Shown here piece after piece: positions 17,167-25,570 of a stretch of 27,652 nt of DNA. Origin of the DNA: a virus. The notes beneath the pieces are model-generated. The model saw only the letters and a list, made by a program, of their open reading frames with translations, did not search any database and was not told where the DNA came from. The stretch lies in the IMG/VR virus record IMGVR_UViG_3300050821_012728. The stretch is one strand, 5' to 3'. Position 1 is the stretch's first letter, and every line of letters begins with the position of its first letter. The translations under genes were made by a program, and so were the position numbers.

Positions 17167-17377
17167 CCCGACCACGAAGTTCATCTTGATGCTGATAGTA
17201 TCAGTTGGCGCCGCGGTGCTATATTTGAATTCCGTCCGGGCCGCTTGGATTGTTGTTGACGGTCCAAGACGCCCAAATGAAGCTAGAACGATGACCGTGA
17301 TTTGGTTGGTGAGCTTTGGACTAGCTGTGATGATGGTGATAGCGTCACTACGGTTGTATAGATTGCCTACTGACTAA
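17159..17377 (+). CDS. Small 2-TM membrane protein (holin-like topology)
   Basis: Two TM helices and a charged C-terminus. Overlaps the upstream ORF by 8 nt. Confidence 0.4.
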   Translation: MISPTTKFILMLIVSVGAAVLYLNSVRAAWIVVDGPRRPNEARTMTVIWLVSFGLAVMMVIASLRLYRLPTD

Positions 17378-17705
17378 GTGCTTGTAAAATGTCAAATCCA
17401 TATTTCATGTCGAATACTAGCTATTACCTAATACCCAAACGTCGGTGGGGACCATTTCGACAGGAGTGGTACTCTTATTGTTCGGCACATATCGAACCGC
17501 AAACAACTTGTAGTTTATGCTGTTCGGGGCATTGGCGGAATATGTGGAAGTCAACATTCAGCCAATTTATGTACAGTCTAAGCCCTCGGGTGTGGCGTTG
17601 GTGGATGTTCAACCGTGACTGACGCCGAATTCGAACAATGGCTAGATGCATGGGTTGCTGATATTCGTGAGTGCATCGCACGATTAGACGCTTTATTCAT
17701 TAGAC

Positions 17706-18248
17706 TTGGAATGTAGTTTGATCCGCGATACTAGCGTTGTAGGCTATGCAGATTTCAATGACGATCGGCGCCTTAGATACACCCTAAGACGTTGGTTAAC
17801 ACCTGGTGCAGGGTCGAAGACAGATCCTGTAATTGTCTGCTTTTTGATGCTTAATCCGAGCACCGCCGACGCCTTCGCCAATGACCCTACTGTCTCACGT
17901 TGCATCAAGTTTGCTAAGTTATGGGGCGCTGATATCCTCGATGTCGTGAACCTATTTGCGTTCCGGTCACCGTATCCAGTTGATCTTAAGTCAGCCCATA
18001 ATCGAGGCGATGATCACGTTAATGACACCGCTATCCGAGCTGCAGTGGCCTCATCTTGGCGAGCTGTAGCCGCCTGGGGTCTAAACGGCCAGCTAGCAAA
18101 TCGTGCAACCAACGTCAGGATAATGCTTGCTCGTCACGGTTTGAAGCTATTCCATCTAGGTCTGACAAAAGACGGCTTCCCGACACATCCGATAGCACGG
18201 GGCAAGAATTTTGTTCCGTACACGCGCGAACCCATGCTATGGGAATAG
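17706..18248 (+). CDS. DUF1643-family protein
   Basis: DDRRLRYTLRRW…MLNPSTAD…NDPTVSRC…NLFAFRS signature. TTG start. Confidence 0.7.
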   Translation: MECSLIRDTSVVGYADFNDDRRLRYTLRRWLTPGAGSKTDPVIVCFLMLNPSTADAFANDPTVSRCIKFAKLWGADILDVVNLFAFRSPYPVDLKSAHNRGDDHVNDTAIRAAVASSWRAVAAWGLNGQLANRATNVRIMLARHGLKLFHLGLTKDGFPTHPIARGKNFVPYTREPMLWE

Positions 18249-18250
18249 CC

Positions 18251-18514
18251 CTACTTGTTCTTGTTCAAGCATACCGCTACTCGCCTGTCCCATTCCTGTA
18301 GCTGGTTAAGATACCAACGGACAGTGAACTCGTTGGCAGCAGCCATCTCGGCAAGATGCGGTGGTGGCGGAATGTCGCATCTAGGATACGCCTGAATTAT
18401 ACTCACGTTACTCGGCGTTTCTACTCGGTGCATGTTACTACAGGCGATACCGATAAACGCCAACGTCCAAACCAGGAATGCAAGTAGGACTGCAGGGATT
18501 ATGATTGTCTTCAC
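18251..18514 (-). CDS. N-terminally membrane-anchored lysis accessory protein (spanin-like)
   Basis: N-terminal TM or lipoprotein-like signal (…IGIAC). Pro-rich periplasmic part. Start overlaps the endolysin stop in an ATGA arrangement. Confidence 0.4.
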   Translation of the reverse strand: MKTIIIPAVLLAFLVWTLAFIGIACSNMHRVETPSNVSIIQAYPRCDIPPPPHLAEMAAANEFTVRWYLNQLQEWDRRVAVCLNKNK

Positions 18515-19389
18515 GGCGTCTGGAGTTTAACCCAACTAAGGGGCGTATAAGTATCTAAACCGACAATTCCGTCTGCTGTAAGTCCGTTTTTCGTCTGAAA
18601 GTCTTTGACGGCTGCTTCTGTCATTGGACCGAAATTACCGTCTGCTGTTACACCAATGCGCTTTTGGATCCACGCAACGGTGCCATTTGAATCGTTGAGC
18701 CTAATCACGTTAGGAACGCTCACATCGACAGTGCTATTGAATCCTGGACAGCCTAATGCATCCCCTTGGCGCTGGTAGAGGACATAAGCAGCGAACGCAG
18801 GAATTACCAATGCAGTATCCGGTGATGCAGCCAAGTTGATTGGCTGACGCGGTGCCTGGTACCACGGCTTAGCAGTCCACTGTGGGGTATCGATCAGCAC
18901 GCCTGCAGCATGACTTCCCATGTTATCCGACCAGACTTGGTTAGAACTGTACTGCCCTGGCCAGACCTTGTAGAAATTATAGAGTGCCTGAGCACATCGA
19001 ACAGTCCAGTCGTACATCTCTTGTTCGTTTAGCATGTTCGAGGTCTCTTCGACGTCATAGAACGGCACGAAATCAGTTAGTGGGTTACTGCCGAGTTCAT
19101 TACCTACGTAATCGATGAGCGCCTGAGCCTGTACTTCTGGCTCTGGGGTCACCATTCCTTTATTGGGGTAACAAAGGAATAGGTAAGTTGAGCGCTTCAT
19201 TTTGGCGGCTATGACTGCATCTTTGTAGTCCGCCCATGTCTTGTCTATGTAGCACCCTGTGCTGCCACCGTACGGACGTCCATAGATAGACCGGAGAATA
19301 CACATACGAACGCCGGCTTGATAAGCAGCATCAAGATTTATCCCGGTGTTATTATCTTCATCAGCCCAATCGAGAATTAGAGTTGCCAT
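18511..19389 (-). CDS. Endolysin: GH25-like glycoside hydrolase with C-terminal PG_binding_1 domain
   Basis: N-terminal DWAD…YQAGVRMCILRS pattern resembling GH25 muramidases. C-terminal GVTADGNFGPMTEAAVKDFQTKNGLTADGIVG peptidoglycan-binding repeat. Confidence 0.75.
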   Translation of the reverse strand: MATLILDWADEDNNTGINLDAAYQAGVRMCILRSIYGRPYGGSTGCYIDKTWADYKDAVIAAKMKRSTYLFLCYPNKGMVTPEPEVQAQALIDYVGNELGSNPLTDFVPFYDVEETSNMLNEQEMYDWTVRCAQALYNFYKVWPGQYSSNQVWSDNMGSHAAGVLIDTPQWTAKPWYQAPRQPINLAASPDTALVIPAFAAYVLYQRQGDALGCPGFNSTVDVSVPNVIRLNDSNGTVAWIQKRIGVTADGNFGPMTEAAVKDFQTKNGLTADGIVGLDTYTPLSWVKLQTP

Positions 19390-19394
19390 AAACG

Positions 19395-19697
19395 TTATTC
19401 TCCTCTGTTCTTAGTTGTGAATCTACGTGCCTCTTCGATCAGACGGTTTTTCTCTATCAATGGTGCCAAACAGTCATCGCAAACATCAAGCGCCTTCATT
19501 GCCGGCAACGAGTCCGTTTTGAGTAGCGTTCCTATTAGACTAGGAAACTCACCCCCGGGTGGGCTCAAGTCCAGACTACTGCGTATTTGGCTGTAATCCG
19601 CTGTAGTCTGCAAGTTTTTAAGATTGACGAATACTTGATGTCCGATGTCACTCGGAATCTCAGCATCACAGCAATCACATCTGCTGATCCGTGCCAT
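19395..19697 (-). CDS. CxxC…CxxC zinc-ribbon protein
   Basis: Start moved to MARISRCDCCD. That ATG follows an AAGGAAAG ribosome-binding site and sits 1 nt after the upstream stop. Confidence 0.5.
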   Translation of the reverse strand: MARISRCDCCDAEIPSDIGHQVFVNLKNLQTTADYSQIRSSLDLSPPGGEFPSLIGTLLKTDSLPAMKALDVCDDCLAPLIEKNRLIEEARRFTTKNRGE

Positions 19698-19698
19698 T

Positions 19699-20100
19699 TT
19701 ATTTCTTTCCTTGAAGTCTAGCTGATCCACGACCAAATAGCCGTTTGACTTGGTCGACTACCCCGCCGTCCTTGCCCAATGCATGGCCCAAGTCCAATAC
19801 AATCTTTCCCCAAGGCAACGCCATTGCATTCGCTATGATACCAGGGGCAATTACCAATGCGAACCCTACAATTCGACGGTTATTCAAATTCTCTATTCTT
19901 ACTGCAGAAGGCTCAATATTAGACATCACCAAATCACTTGAATCTGGCGTGAATAGCACCGGACGTTCATTAGACTTCATTGGTGGGTCTACGGTGACCA
20001 CCGTAAATTCACCAGGTGACACTACGCCAATCATCGGCTTACGAGGATACTTGCGACGTGCATGACGATGCGCTTTAGTCGACTTTAGAGGAGGTTTCAT
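19699..20100 (-). CDS. Hypothetical protein with basic N-terminus
   Basis: Start moved to MKPPLK because that ATG has a GGTGA ribosome-binding site. The long ORF from 20133 would overlap the upstream gene by about 60 nt. Confidence 0.4.
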   Translation of the reverse strand: MKPPLKSTKAHRHARRKYPRKPMIGVVSPGEFTVVTVDPPMKSNERPVLFTPDSSDLVMSNIEPSAVRIENLNNRRIVGFALVIAPGIIANAMALPWGKIVLDLGHALGKDGGVVDQVKRLFGRGSARLQGKK

Positions 20101-20578
20101 CGTTTTCACCGTCGTCTTCCTCAGTATCGCCATTTACCTCGTCATCAGGCTCGTCGTCATCGTCGTCGTCACCTTCGTCATCGTCATCGTCATCGCTAGC
20201 ATCATCATCATCGTCGTCGTCATCATCATCGTCTTCGAATGCGCCGTCGTCTTCTAGTTCATCTTCGTCCATGATCTCTTCAACCGTGGATATAGGAGTC
20301 TTGGGTGTTGGAGTAACTATTGCCTTGGTAGCCTCTTTCGACGCTTTCTTGTCAGCCTTTTCTTTTCTTCGTTCTAGCGCAATTGAATTGGACCTTGATG
20401 TTGGTGCAATAATGCCTAACTTGTTGATACGATCGCTCAAGAAATTTGGGCTGACCCCTAATATGCTTGATGCTCTCAATATGGTTTGACATTGCTCAAG
20501 TGCAAAGGTGATTATGTGTCGTTCTGCTTCATGAATTTGAAGCCAAAACGGGGCGTTTTCATTTCTTTTTTTTGGCAT
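20075..20578 (-). CDS. Fis-type HTH DNA-binding protein with ~65-aa poly-Asp/Glu tail
   Basis: IITFALEQCQTILRASSILGVSPNFLSDRINKLGI matches the Fis/NtrC HTH_8 pattern. The C-terminus is almost pure Asp/Glu. AAGGA ribosome-binding site. Confidence 0.65.
   Translation of the reverse strand: MPKKRNENAPFWLQIHEAERHIITFALEQCQTILRASSILGVSPNFLSDRINKLGIIAPTSRSNSIALERRKEKADKKASKEATKAIVTPTPKTPISTVEEIMDEDELEDDGAFEDDDDDDDDDDDASDDDDDDEGDDDDDDEPDDEVNGDTEEDDGENDETSSKVD
20140..20245. repeat. GTC/ATC trinucleotide microsatellite encoding the poly-Asp tail
   Basis: Runs of (GTC)n and (ATC)n visible directly in the sequence. Confidence 0.6.
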
Positions 20579-21026
20579 TTCTCGTCATCCTTGCATCGAA
20601 TCGCATCAATATTGATTCGATACTGTGCCCTTTATCAAGCCGCCGTCTAATTGTGCTATAGGCAACATTTAATAGTTTTGCCCATTCGCAGATAGTATGT
20701 GTCTGACCATTAAACGTAATCCAATGTGTGTTTCTTCTATTGACTGCTTGTTCTTGTTTGGTCGCCCAACGAGCGTTGCCAGGTTTATATTTTCCGTTTT
20801 TGTCTGGATAACGATCAATAGTGTACAGCTTGGAAGGGCGTTCACCCATATCGGCTAGAAAATTTCTAAAATCCTGCCAACGTTTACATACTGTAATCCC
20901 TCTATAATAAGGATATCGCGGATCTTCTGGAGGTAACTGACAACGTTGGATCATTCTTCGCCAGCTTATATAGGTCGGGGACAAATTTGTTTTGCCGTTT
21001 GCGGATGTATGCCCATGGCGCCACAT
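20559..21026 (-). CDS. Conserved phage DNA-binding protein family (often annotated AP2/HNH-like)
   Basis: SWRRMIQRC…YRGITVCKRW…DMGERP…NARWATKQEQAVNRR…EWAKLL…TIRRRL pattern, recalled from many phage genomes. The family assignment is from memory only. Confidence 0.55.
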   Translation of the reverse strand: MWRHGHTSANGKTNLSPTYISWRRMIQRCQLPPEDPRYPYYRGITVCKRWQDFRNFLADMGERPSKLYTIDRYPDKNGKYKPGNARWATKQEQAVNRRNTHWITFNGQTHTICEWAKLLNVAYSTIRRRLDKGHSIESILMRFDARMTRNAKKKK

Positions 21027-21028
21027 TT

Positions 21029-21430
21029 TTAGGCCTCTGGGTGGGCTCGGCGGTCAGCAATGGCATTAGCTGCTGCTAGCGCATCCTGAAACTCTGTAGA
21101 CGGGTCGACTGTCTCCAACCCTCCCCCTAGCTGTATCAGCGCGTTGGTTTGCGCCCAGGCGATGATTGGAACGACTACCATAGCGGACATGCCCGAGGCC
21201 AAAACCGCCATCCAGGTCCTTCCAGCAAAGCCTAGGAAGTCGAAATCGAAACACCAGCCGCCAACTACGGCAGCGATGAGTCCTAACGCAAATCCGCTAC
21301 AGGCAGTACAGGACAAATAGCTGTCCAACCAATATGGGTATCTTGACCACAGCCACTCTGTGATAGTCGCTCGGACAAGCAAAAATGACGCAGCTGCACA
21401 CATCAACATGTATAGCGCAAATACCTGCAT
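21029..21430 (-). CDS. 3-TM membrane protein (class I holin-like topology)
   Basis: Start moved to MQVFALYM…, which follows a strong AGGGGAG ribosome-binding site. Three hydrophobic helices and a hydrophilic C-terminal tail. Confidence 0.5.
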   Translation of the reverse strand: MQVFALYMLMCAAASFLLVRATITEWLWSRYPYWLDSYLSCTACSGFALGLIAAVVGGWCFDFDFLGFAGRTWMAVLASGMSAMVVVPIIAWAQTNALIQLGGGLETVDPSTEFQDALAAANAIADRRAHPEA

Positions 21431-21431
21431 A

Positions 21432-21908
21432 TTATTTACTCCCCTTTCTAATACGCTCCTCCGCCTCTTGCTGCATTTCTTCATTGAGAAGTTTCTTCTC
21501 GCCTGGTGCAGATGCGAGCGATGAACCGTCTCGGCCTACCCAGCGGTCACAGGCAAAGGAATATGCGACGAAGTCCCCTTCGGGACCCCCCAATGACGCA
21601 GGCCTGGCCCCCTTCATACAGATGCCTACAGCGCCACGACTCACATTCTCATCCATAAACTTAAGCTGGTCTATACGCGCGTCACGTTGATCTGGGATCG
21701 CATTTTCTAGTTCACCTAATCGGGACACTCCAGGTGTAGCGGCAATATGCGCCAAATCTCGTTGTCGACAACTTTCCCAGTGTTTGCGCGATAACTCTCC
21801 GTTATTCCAAGACTTACAAGAATAACAGCCAAACCCGCGTTCGAATTTACGTTCTGGTGCGTGAAATTTCTTGATTGCGCTCATCTTGAATATGGATCTA
21901 TACAGCAA
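21432..21908 (-). CDS. Hypothetical protein
   Basis: First gene of the minus-strand block. TTG or ATG start. Confidence 0.45.
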   Translation of the reverse strand: MLYRSIFKMSAIKKFHAPERKFERGFGCYSCKSWNNGELSRKHWESCRQRDLAHIAATPGVSRLGELENAIPDQRDARIDQLKFMDENVSRGAVGICMKGARPASLGGPEGDFVAYSFACDRWVGRDGSSLASAPGEKKLLNEEMQQEAEERIRKGSK

Positions 21909-21979
21909 TTGCCCTTCGTGCGCAATCGCATATACGATTTTAAGACCTTAAATTTCGCAGTGCGCGATACTTTCATTGA

Positions 21980-22008
21980 TTGACTTATTGGCTATCTCAG
22001 ATTACAGT
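21980..22008 (+). promoter_or_regulatory. Candidate promoter for the 22079 gene
   Basis: TTGACT, a 17-nt spacer, then TACAGT. Lies in a 170-bp divergent intergenic region. A GAGGTGGA ribosome-binding site sits before ATG 22079. Confidence 0.3.
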
Positions 22009-22078
22009 GCCCAAATGATCGCTGTTGCGATCAGCTTGGATCCTCTACAAGTACCCTAATTGAGGTGGATCAAAAAAT

Positions 22079-24448
22079 ATGGCAACACCTAACAAAGACA
22101 GACATCAGGCGTTCGATCCCGCAAAATTGCAATCCATGGCGGAGCCGCTGCTGCTTCGCGTTGTAAAGCTCAAAGGCAGTGTTCAACAGCCTATTGAGCT
22201 GCCCAGCAAAGACGGTGGAGCCCCTGGTGCGGGCTGGACCCGCGATGAGATATTGAGTTTTGAGCAGTGGCTAGTAAACAAATGGTCTGGTGGCGGTCAC
22301 TATCGTGCGACCCTATTAGACAGCAAGAACCCGCCCAGTGAAATGACCTGGGAATTCCTTTTTGACCCTCGGGTTTATCCCGAGCGCGTTCCTCCTAACG
22401 CTTCTGAGGCAGCTGTAATGGGAAACACTCCAACGAATAATACGGGCCCCCAATTGGTGCCTGCCAACGTCCAGCCTTTAACTCAGGCGGTAAACAACAC
22501 CAGTTGGCCTCCAAGCGGCAATGCTTTGGGTTACGGTACGCCACCACAAAGCGGTATTACACTGCCTTCTTATCAACAGCAGCAGAATCAACCGCAGATA
22601 TTACAGCCGGTCGCACAGCCAACTATGCCTTGGCAGCAGGCTCCACAGGGCCCGTCGCCATGGGGCTTTAGTGGTCCAGCGCCTAGTTTTTATCCACCGC
22701 CCCAGTACGGCTACCAGCAATCTTATACTCGCACCCGTGACGAGCTACGTGACCGTGTACGCGGCAACGACGACGATTACAGCACGTCAAGGCAGCGCAA
22801 GGAACGTGAGGCTGAAGAGCAGAAGACAAAGGAACTAGAAGCCAAGCTTCGTGCTGCTGAATTGCTTCAAAAAGACAACGAGTACAAAGCGCAACTAGAG
22901 CGTATGCAAGCGCAGCAGCAGCAGCAGATTCAACAAATGCAGCAGCAGCAGGCTGAACAGCTGCGGGCTATGCAAGAAGAAATGCGGCGTATGGCTGAAG
23001 CACGGCACAAGCCCGAGGACGACGAGGTCCGTAGGCTTCGTGAGGAGACACAGCGCTTGCGTGAATCGGCTCAGGCTGAACAATTGAAGATGCAACAGCA
23101 GCTTATGGAAGCACACATGGCACAGATGCGTGCTGCTAGTGACCAGCAGGTAGCTGCATTGCGTGACCAGCTTGCAGCTATGTCACAAAATAATAATCGC
23201 GGTGAGTCAGATGAAGTTCGACAATTGCGGGCTGAACAGGATCGGCTACGTTACGAAGCTGACAAACAGCGTGAACACGATCGTCAGGAGCGTGAGCGTG
23301 AACGAGCTGAGACCGAACGGCGCCTAGAACTTGAACGCAATGAACGTAATGCAGAGCGTGAGCGCTATGAGCGTGAACGGCGAGATGAAATGCTACAGCG
23401 TCAGATCAAGGAACAGGCTGACGTCCTTGAGCGCCGTATGCAGCAAATGGCAGAAGCCAATAACAATAAAGGCCCTGATCCAATGATTGAGGTCCTACGG
23501 GAAACATCACGACAGAGCGGCGAGCAAATGAAGGAGATGGCACGCATGAACCAGGATCAGACTAATCGTCTGAGCAATTTCATGCTAAATCCATTGCAGC
23601 TTGCGCAAATGATGAAGGAGTCTAGTTCTGGTCAGGATACGTTCATGCGTAACCTAGTTTCTAGTGTCGACGGCATCGTTCAGATGTACCGCGGCGCAGC
23701 TGAACAGGTAATGCAGATGAGCGGCGGTGGTGGTGATAGCCCTACCGTTAGGCTTCTACAAGAAGGAATGAGCGGCGTCAAAGACACGGCTGAACGCTTC
23801 ATTGCTATGAAGCGTGACCAGGTTATTTCTGAATCGAAAGTCAAGCAGGCAGAGGCACAGGCCGTTGCACAGCGTGCAGCTGCCGAAGCTCATGTTCAAG
23901 CAGAAGCTATTCGGGCTCAGTCTCAGCAGACGTGGTCACCGCCACCGCCTGTGAGCCAAGGTAACGGCTTTAACGGCCCGCAACCGCAAGCCGAAGTGAT
24001 TCCCACGGCTGTACCGCAGCGCAAGAAACCAGCTGGACGTACACCAGCCCCAGAAGTCGTAGTCGCTGAGGGTCCTACACCAGTTCGTATTGAGGGTGTT
24101 CCTTCTGAGCCGACTCCTGCACAAAACGCGAATGAGATTGCAAATCTAAAGATGTTCGGCGCAGCATGGGAGAGCGTCAAGACGTTACGTATCGGTGTTA
24201 AGAACGGTCTGACACCGTCGGAGGCTGTTGATGCTATCCTTAAGGGCGTGGAAGCGGTAATTTCCAATAACTTGGTAATTCCTGCGTTCACGTTATTTGA
24301 CGATTCAAGGTTTGCAGACTTGATCGATGTACTGTTCCCCGACGGTGAACAGGCCTTCAAAGACGAGTGTGTAAGAATCCTCCATGAAGACGTTGAATTA
24401 GATGATAGTGATCCAGAAATAGAAGGCGAAGGACAAGGAGGCGAGTAA
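22079..24448 (+). CDS. Large Q/P/Y-rich low-complexity plus Arg/Glu-rich coiled-coil protein (789 aa)
   Basis: Globular N-terminus. Prion-like stretch QQQQNQPQILQPVAQPTMPWQQAPQGP…YPPPQYGYQQSY. About 250 aa of ERERERAETERRLELERNER-type charged helix. C-terminal domain. CAG repeat at 22912-22950. Confidence 0.75.
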   Translation: MATPNKDRHQAFDPAKLQSMAEPLLLRVVKLKGSVQQPIELPSKDGGAPGAGWTRDEILSFEQWLVNKWSGGGHYRATLLDSKNPPSEMTWEFLFDPRVYPERVPPNASEAAVMGNTPTNNTGPQLVPANVQPLTQAVNNTSWPPSGNALGYGTPPQSGITLPSYQQQQNQPQILQPVAQPTMPWQQAPQGPSPWGFSGPAPSFYPPPQYGYQQSYTRTRDELRDRVRGNDDDYSTSRQRKEREAEEQKTKELEAKLRAAELLQKDNEYKAQLERMQAQQQQQIQQMQQQQAEQLRAMQEEMRRMAEARHKPEDDEVRRLREETQRLRESAQAEQLKMQQQLMEAHMAQMRAASDQQVAALRDQLAAMSQNNNRGESDEVRQLRAEQDRLRYEADKQREHDRQERERERAETERRLELERNERNAERERYERERRDEMLQRQIKEQADVLERRMQQMAEANNNKGPDPMIEVLRETSRQSGEQMKEMARMNQDQTNRLSNFMLNPLQLAQMMKESSSGQDTFMRNLVSSVDGIVQMYRGAAEQVMQMSGGGGDSPTVRLLQEGMSGVKDTAERFIAMKRDQVISESKVKQAEAQAVAQRAAAEAHVQAEAIRAQSQQTWSPPPPVSQGNGFNGPQPQAEVIPTAVPQRKKPAGRTPAPEVVVAEGPTPVRIEGVPSEPTPAQNANEIANLKMFGAAWESVKTLRIGVKNGLTPSEAVDAILKGVEAVISNNLVIPAFTLFDDSRFADLIDVLFPDGEQAFKDECVRILHEDVELDDSDPEIEGEGQGGE

Positions 24449-24840
24449 TGCCACATTATAAAGATGGAACCGAAGCCAAAGTCGGTGATCAGGTAATCGG
24501 TAAGCTATACAATACCGTTGGTATTCGAGCCGGGACTCTTATTTCGATCACCAAGGGCACTGAGGCATGTAACGCACAAGTAGCATTTACTGAGGCTGTC
24601 GCGATCGACAATGACAGTGTCGATATTTGGCGCGGGTTAGAGAAAGATTGGACGGCGGAAGATCAATTTCGGAGTGAGTCACGTAAAGTTCCAAGCATGG
24701 CGCGATGGAAGGCTCAAGATTCTTCATCACGTCCAGTATTTCGTGTAGTTCTCGGCGAGAACCACGGCTCGACTGGTGCACCGTTTGCGGTATTTGACTG
24801 CGTAGATTACACCGGGGTGTGTGATTTGACTAAAGTATAG
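24448..24840 (+). CDS. Hypothetical protein
   Basis: AAGGAGG ribosome-binding site. ATG overlaps the upstream TAA. Confidence 0.6.
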   Translation: MPHYKDGTEAKVGDQVIGKLYNTVGIRAGTLISITKGTEACNAQVAFTEAVAIDNDSVDIWRGLEKDWTAEDQFRSESRKVPSMARWKAQDSSSRPVFRVVLGENHGSTGAPFAVFDCVDYTGVCDLTKV

Positions 24841-24842
24841 CA

Positions 24843-25250
24843 ATGGAACGGCCGCAACAGACAATTAGCGATGTTGACCTATACGTGATTGTCTGGGGTC
24901 TTGCTGAACTACACGCAGGAACGTTTGACGCGTTTCGTACGGCGGTCAAAGAGACAGGTGAGCCTTTTACTACGCTAGAAGATTCGTGGGATTCCTTCGA
25001 TGAAGGGCTGATTCCGATAGCACTGTCGCCGTTTGAGTCCCAAGACACCCTTAATAGTTGGCTTAAACAACTTCCAGCAGCTCAAACGGGTAAGTATCCC
25101 TTTGATGAATTACCCATTGCTGTGGTGGTAGGAGAGCATGAATCGCCGCATTGTTATTTGGTCGAAGGTGCTTTCACCGTTCCACGTGTTAAAGCCTTAT
25201 TAAGGCTAGTAGCTGAGACTAAAATAAAAATGCTACGTAGCGGTTTATGA
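24843..25250 (+). CDS. Hypothetical protein
   Basis: Tightly spaced ORF. Confidence 0.5.
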   Translation: MERPQQTISDVDLYVIVWGLAELHAGTFDAFRTAVKETGEPFTTLEDSWDSFDEGLIPIALSPFESQDTLNSWLKQLPAAQTGKYPFDELPIAVVVGEHESPHCYLVEGAFTVPRVKALLRLVAETKIKMLRSGL

Positions 25251-25251
25251 A

Positions 25252-25539
25252 GTGCATGTGAAGCCTGCGACTTTAAATATTGGCGGCGGGCATACCCTGC
25301 AGCCAATACAAGACCGAGTCGGGAAGTTGATCGGCTATATTCATACGCATCCTGATCCAACCTCTGGTATGTATTGTCAATATTTCTTGGCGGTTCAGAA
25401 GATAGATACTGTAGCTGTGGATGTCTATGAAATCGTCCATACAGCGCCATTAACCCTAGCACCTACGGTTAAATGCCTCCGGTGTGGGCTATGCGGTTAC
25501 GTTCGATTGGGGCGATGGGTGCCGATTACTTTAGGCTGA
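25252..25539 (+). CDS. Small protein with HTHPDPTSG (JAB/RadC-like) motif
   Basis: GTG start. The motif resembles the JAB/MPN HxHPxG segment, but no upstream Glu is present and the protein is too short for a full domain. Confidence 0.3.
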   Translation: MHVKPATLNIGGGHTLQPIQDRVGKLIGYIHTHPDPTSGMYCQYFLAVQKIDTVAVDVYEIVHTAPLTLAPTVKCLRCGLCGYVRLGRWVPITLG

Positions 25540-25570
25540 ATTTCTGAGATAGAGTATATCTAGGGACAAC

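Noticed and set aside
17600-17660. GTTCGAATTC-like string (minus strand) that could be a tRNA T-loop
   Set aside because: No complementary T-stem, acceptor or anticodon arms could be built around it. It is just the GAATTC palindrome. No tRNA was found in any intergenic region.
300-24456. Antisense or embedded ORFs in the track (300-551, 828-1229, 1519-1731, 2154-2622, 3389-3856, 4022-5607, 8193-8679, 9219-9968, 12327-12607, 14421-14689, 15705-16061, 22521-23116, 23923-24456)
   Set aside because: They lie inside or opposite well-supported genes with recognisable motifs. They have no ribosome-binding sites, and their compositions (Ser/Arg/Cys-rich) are typical of wrong-frame translations.
25252-25539. 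JAB/MPN deubiquitinase-like HTHPDPTSG motif
   Set aside because: The protein is only 95 aa and lacks the upstream catalytic Glu of JAMM domains. It is kept as a low-confidence feature, not a finding.
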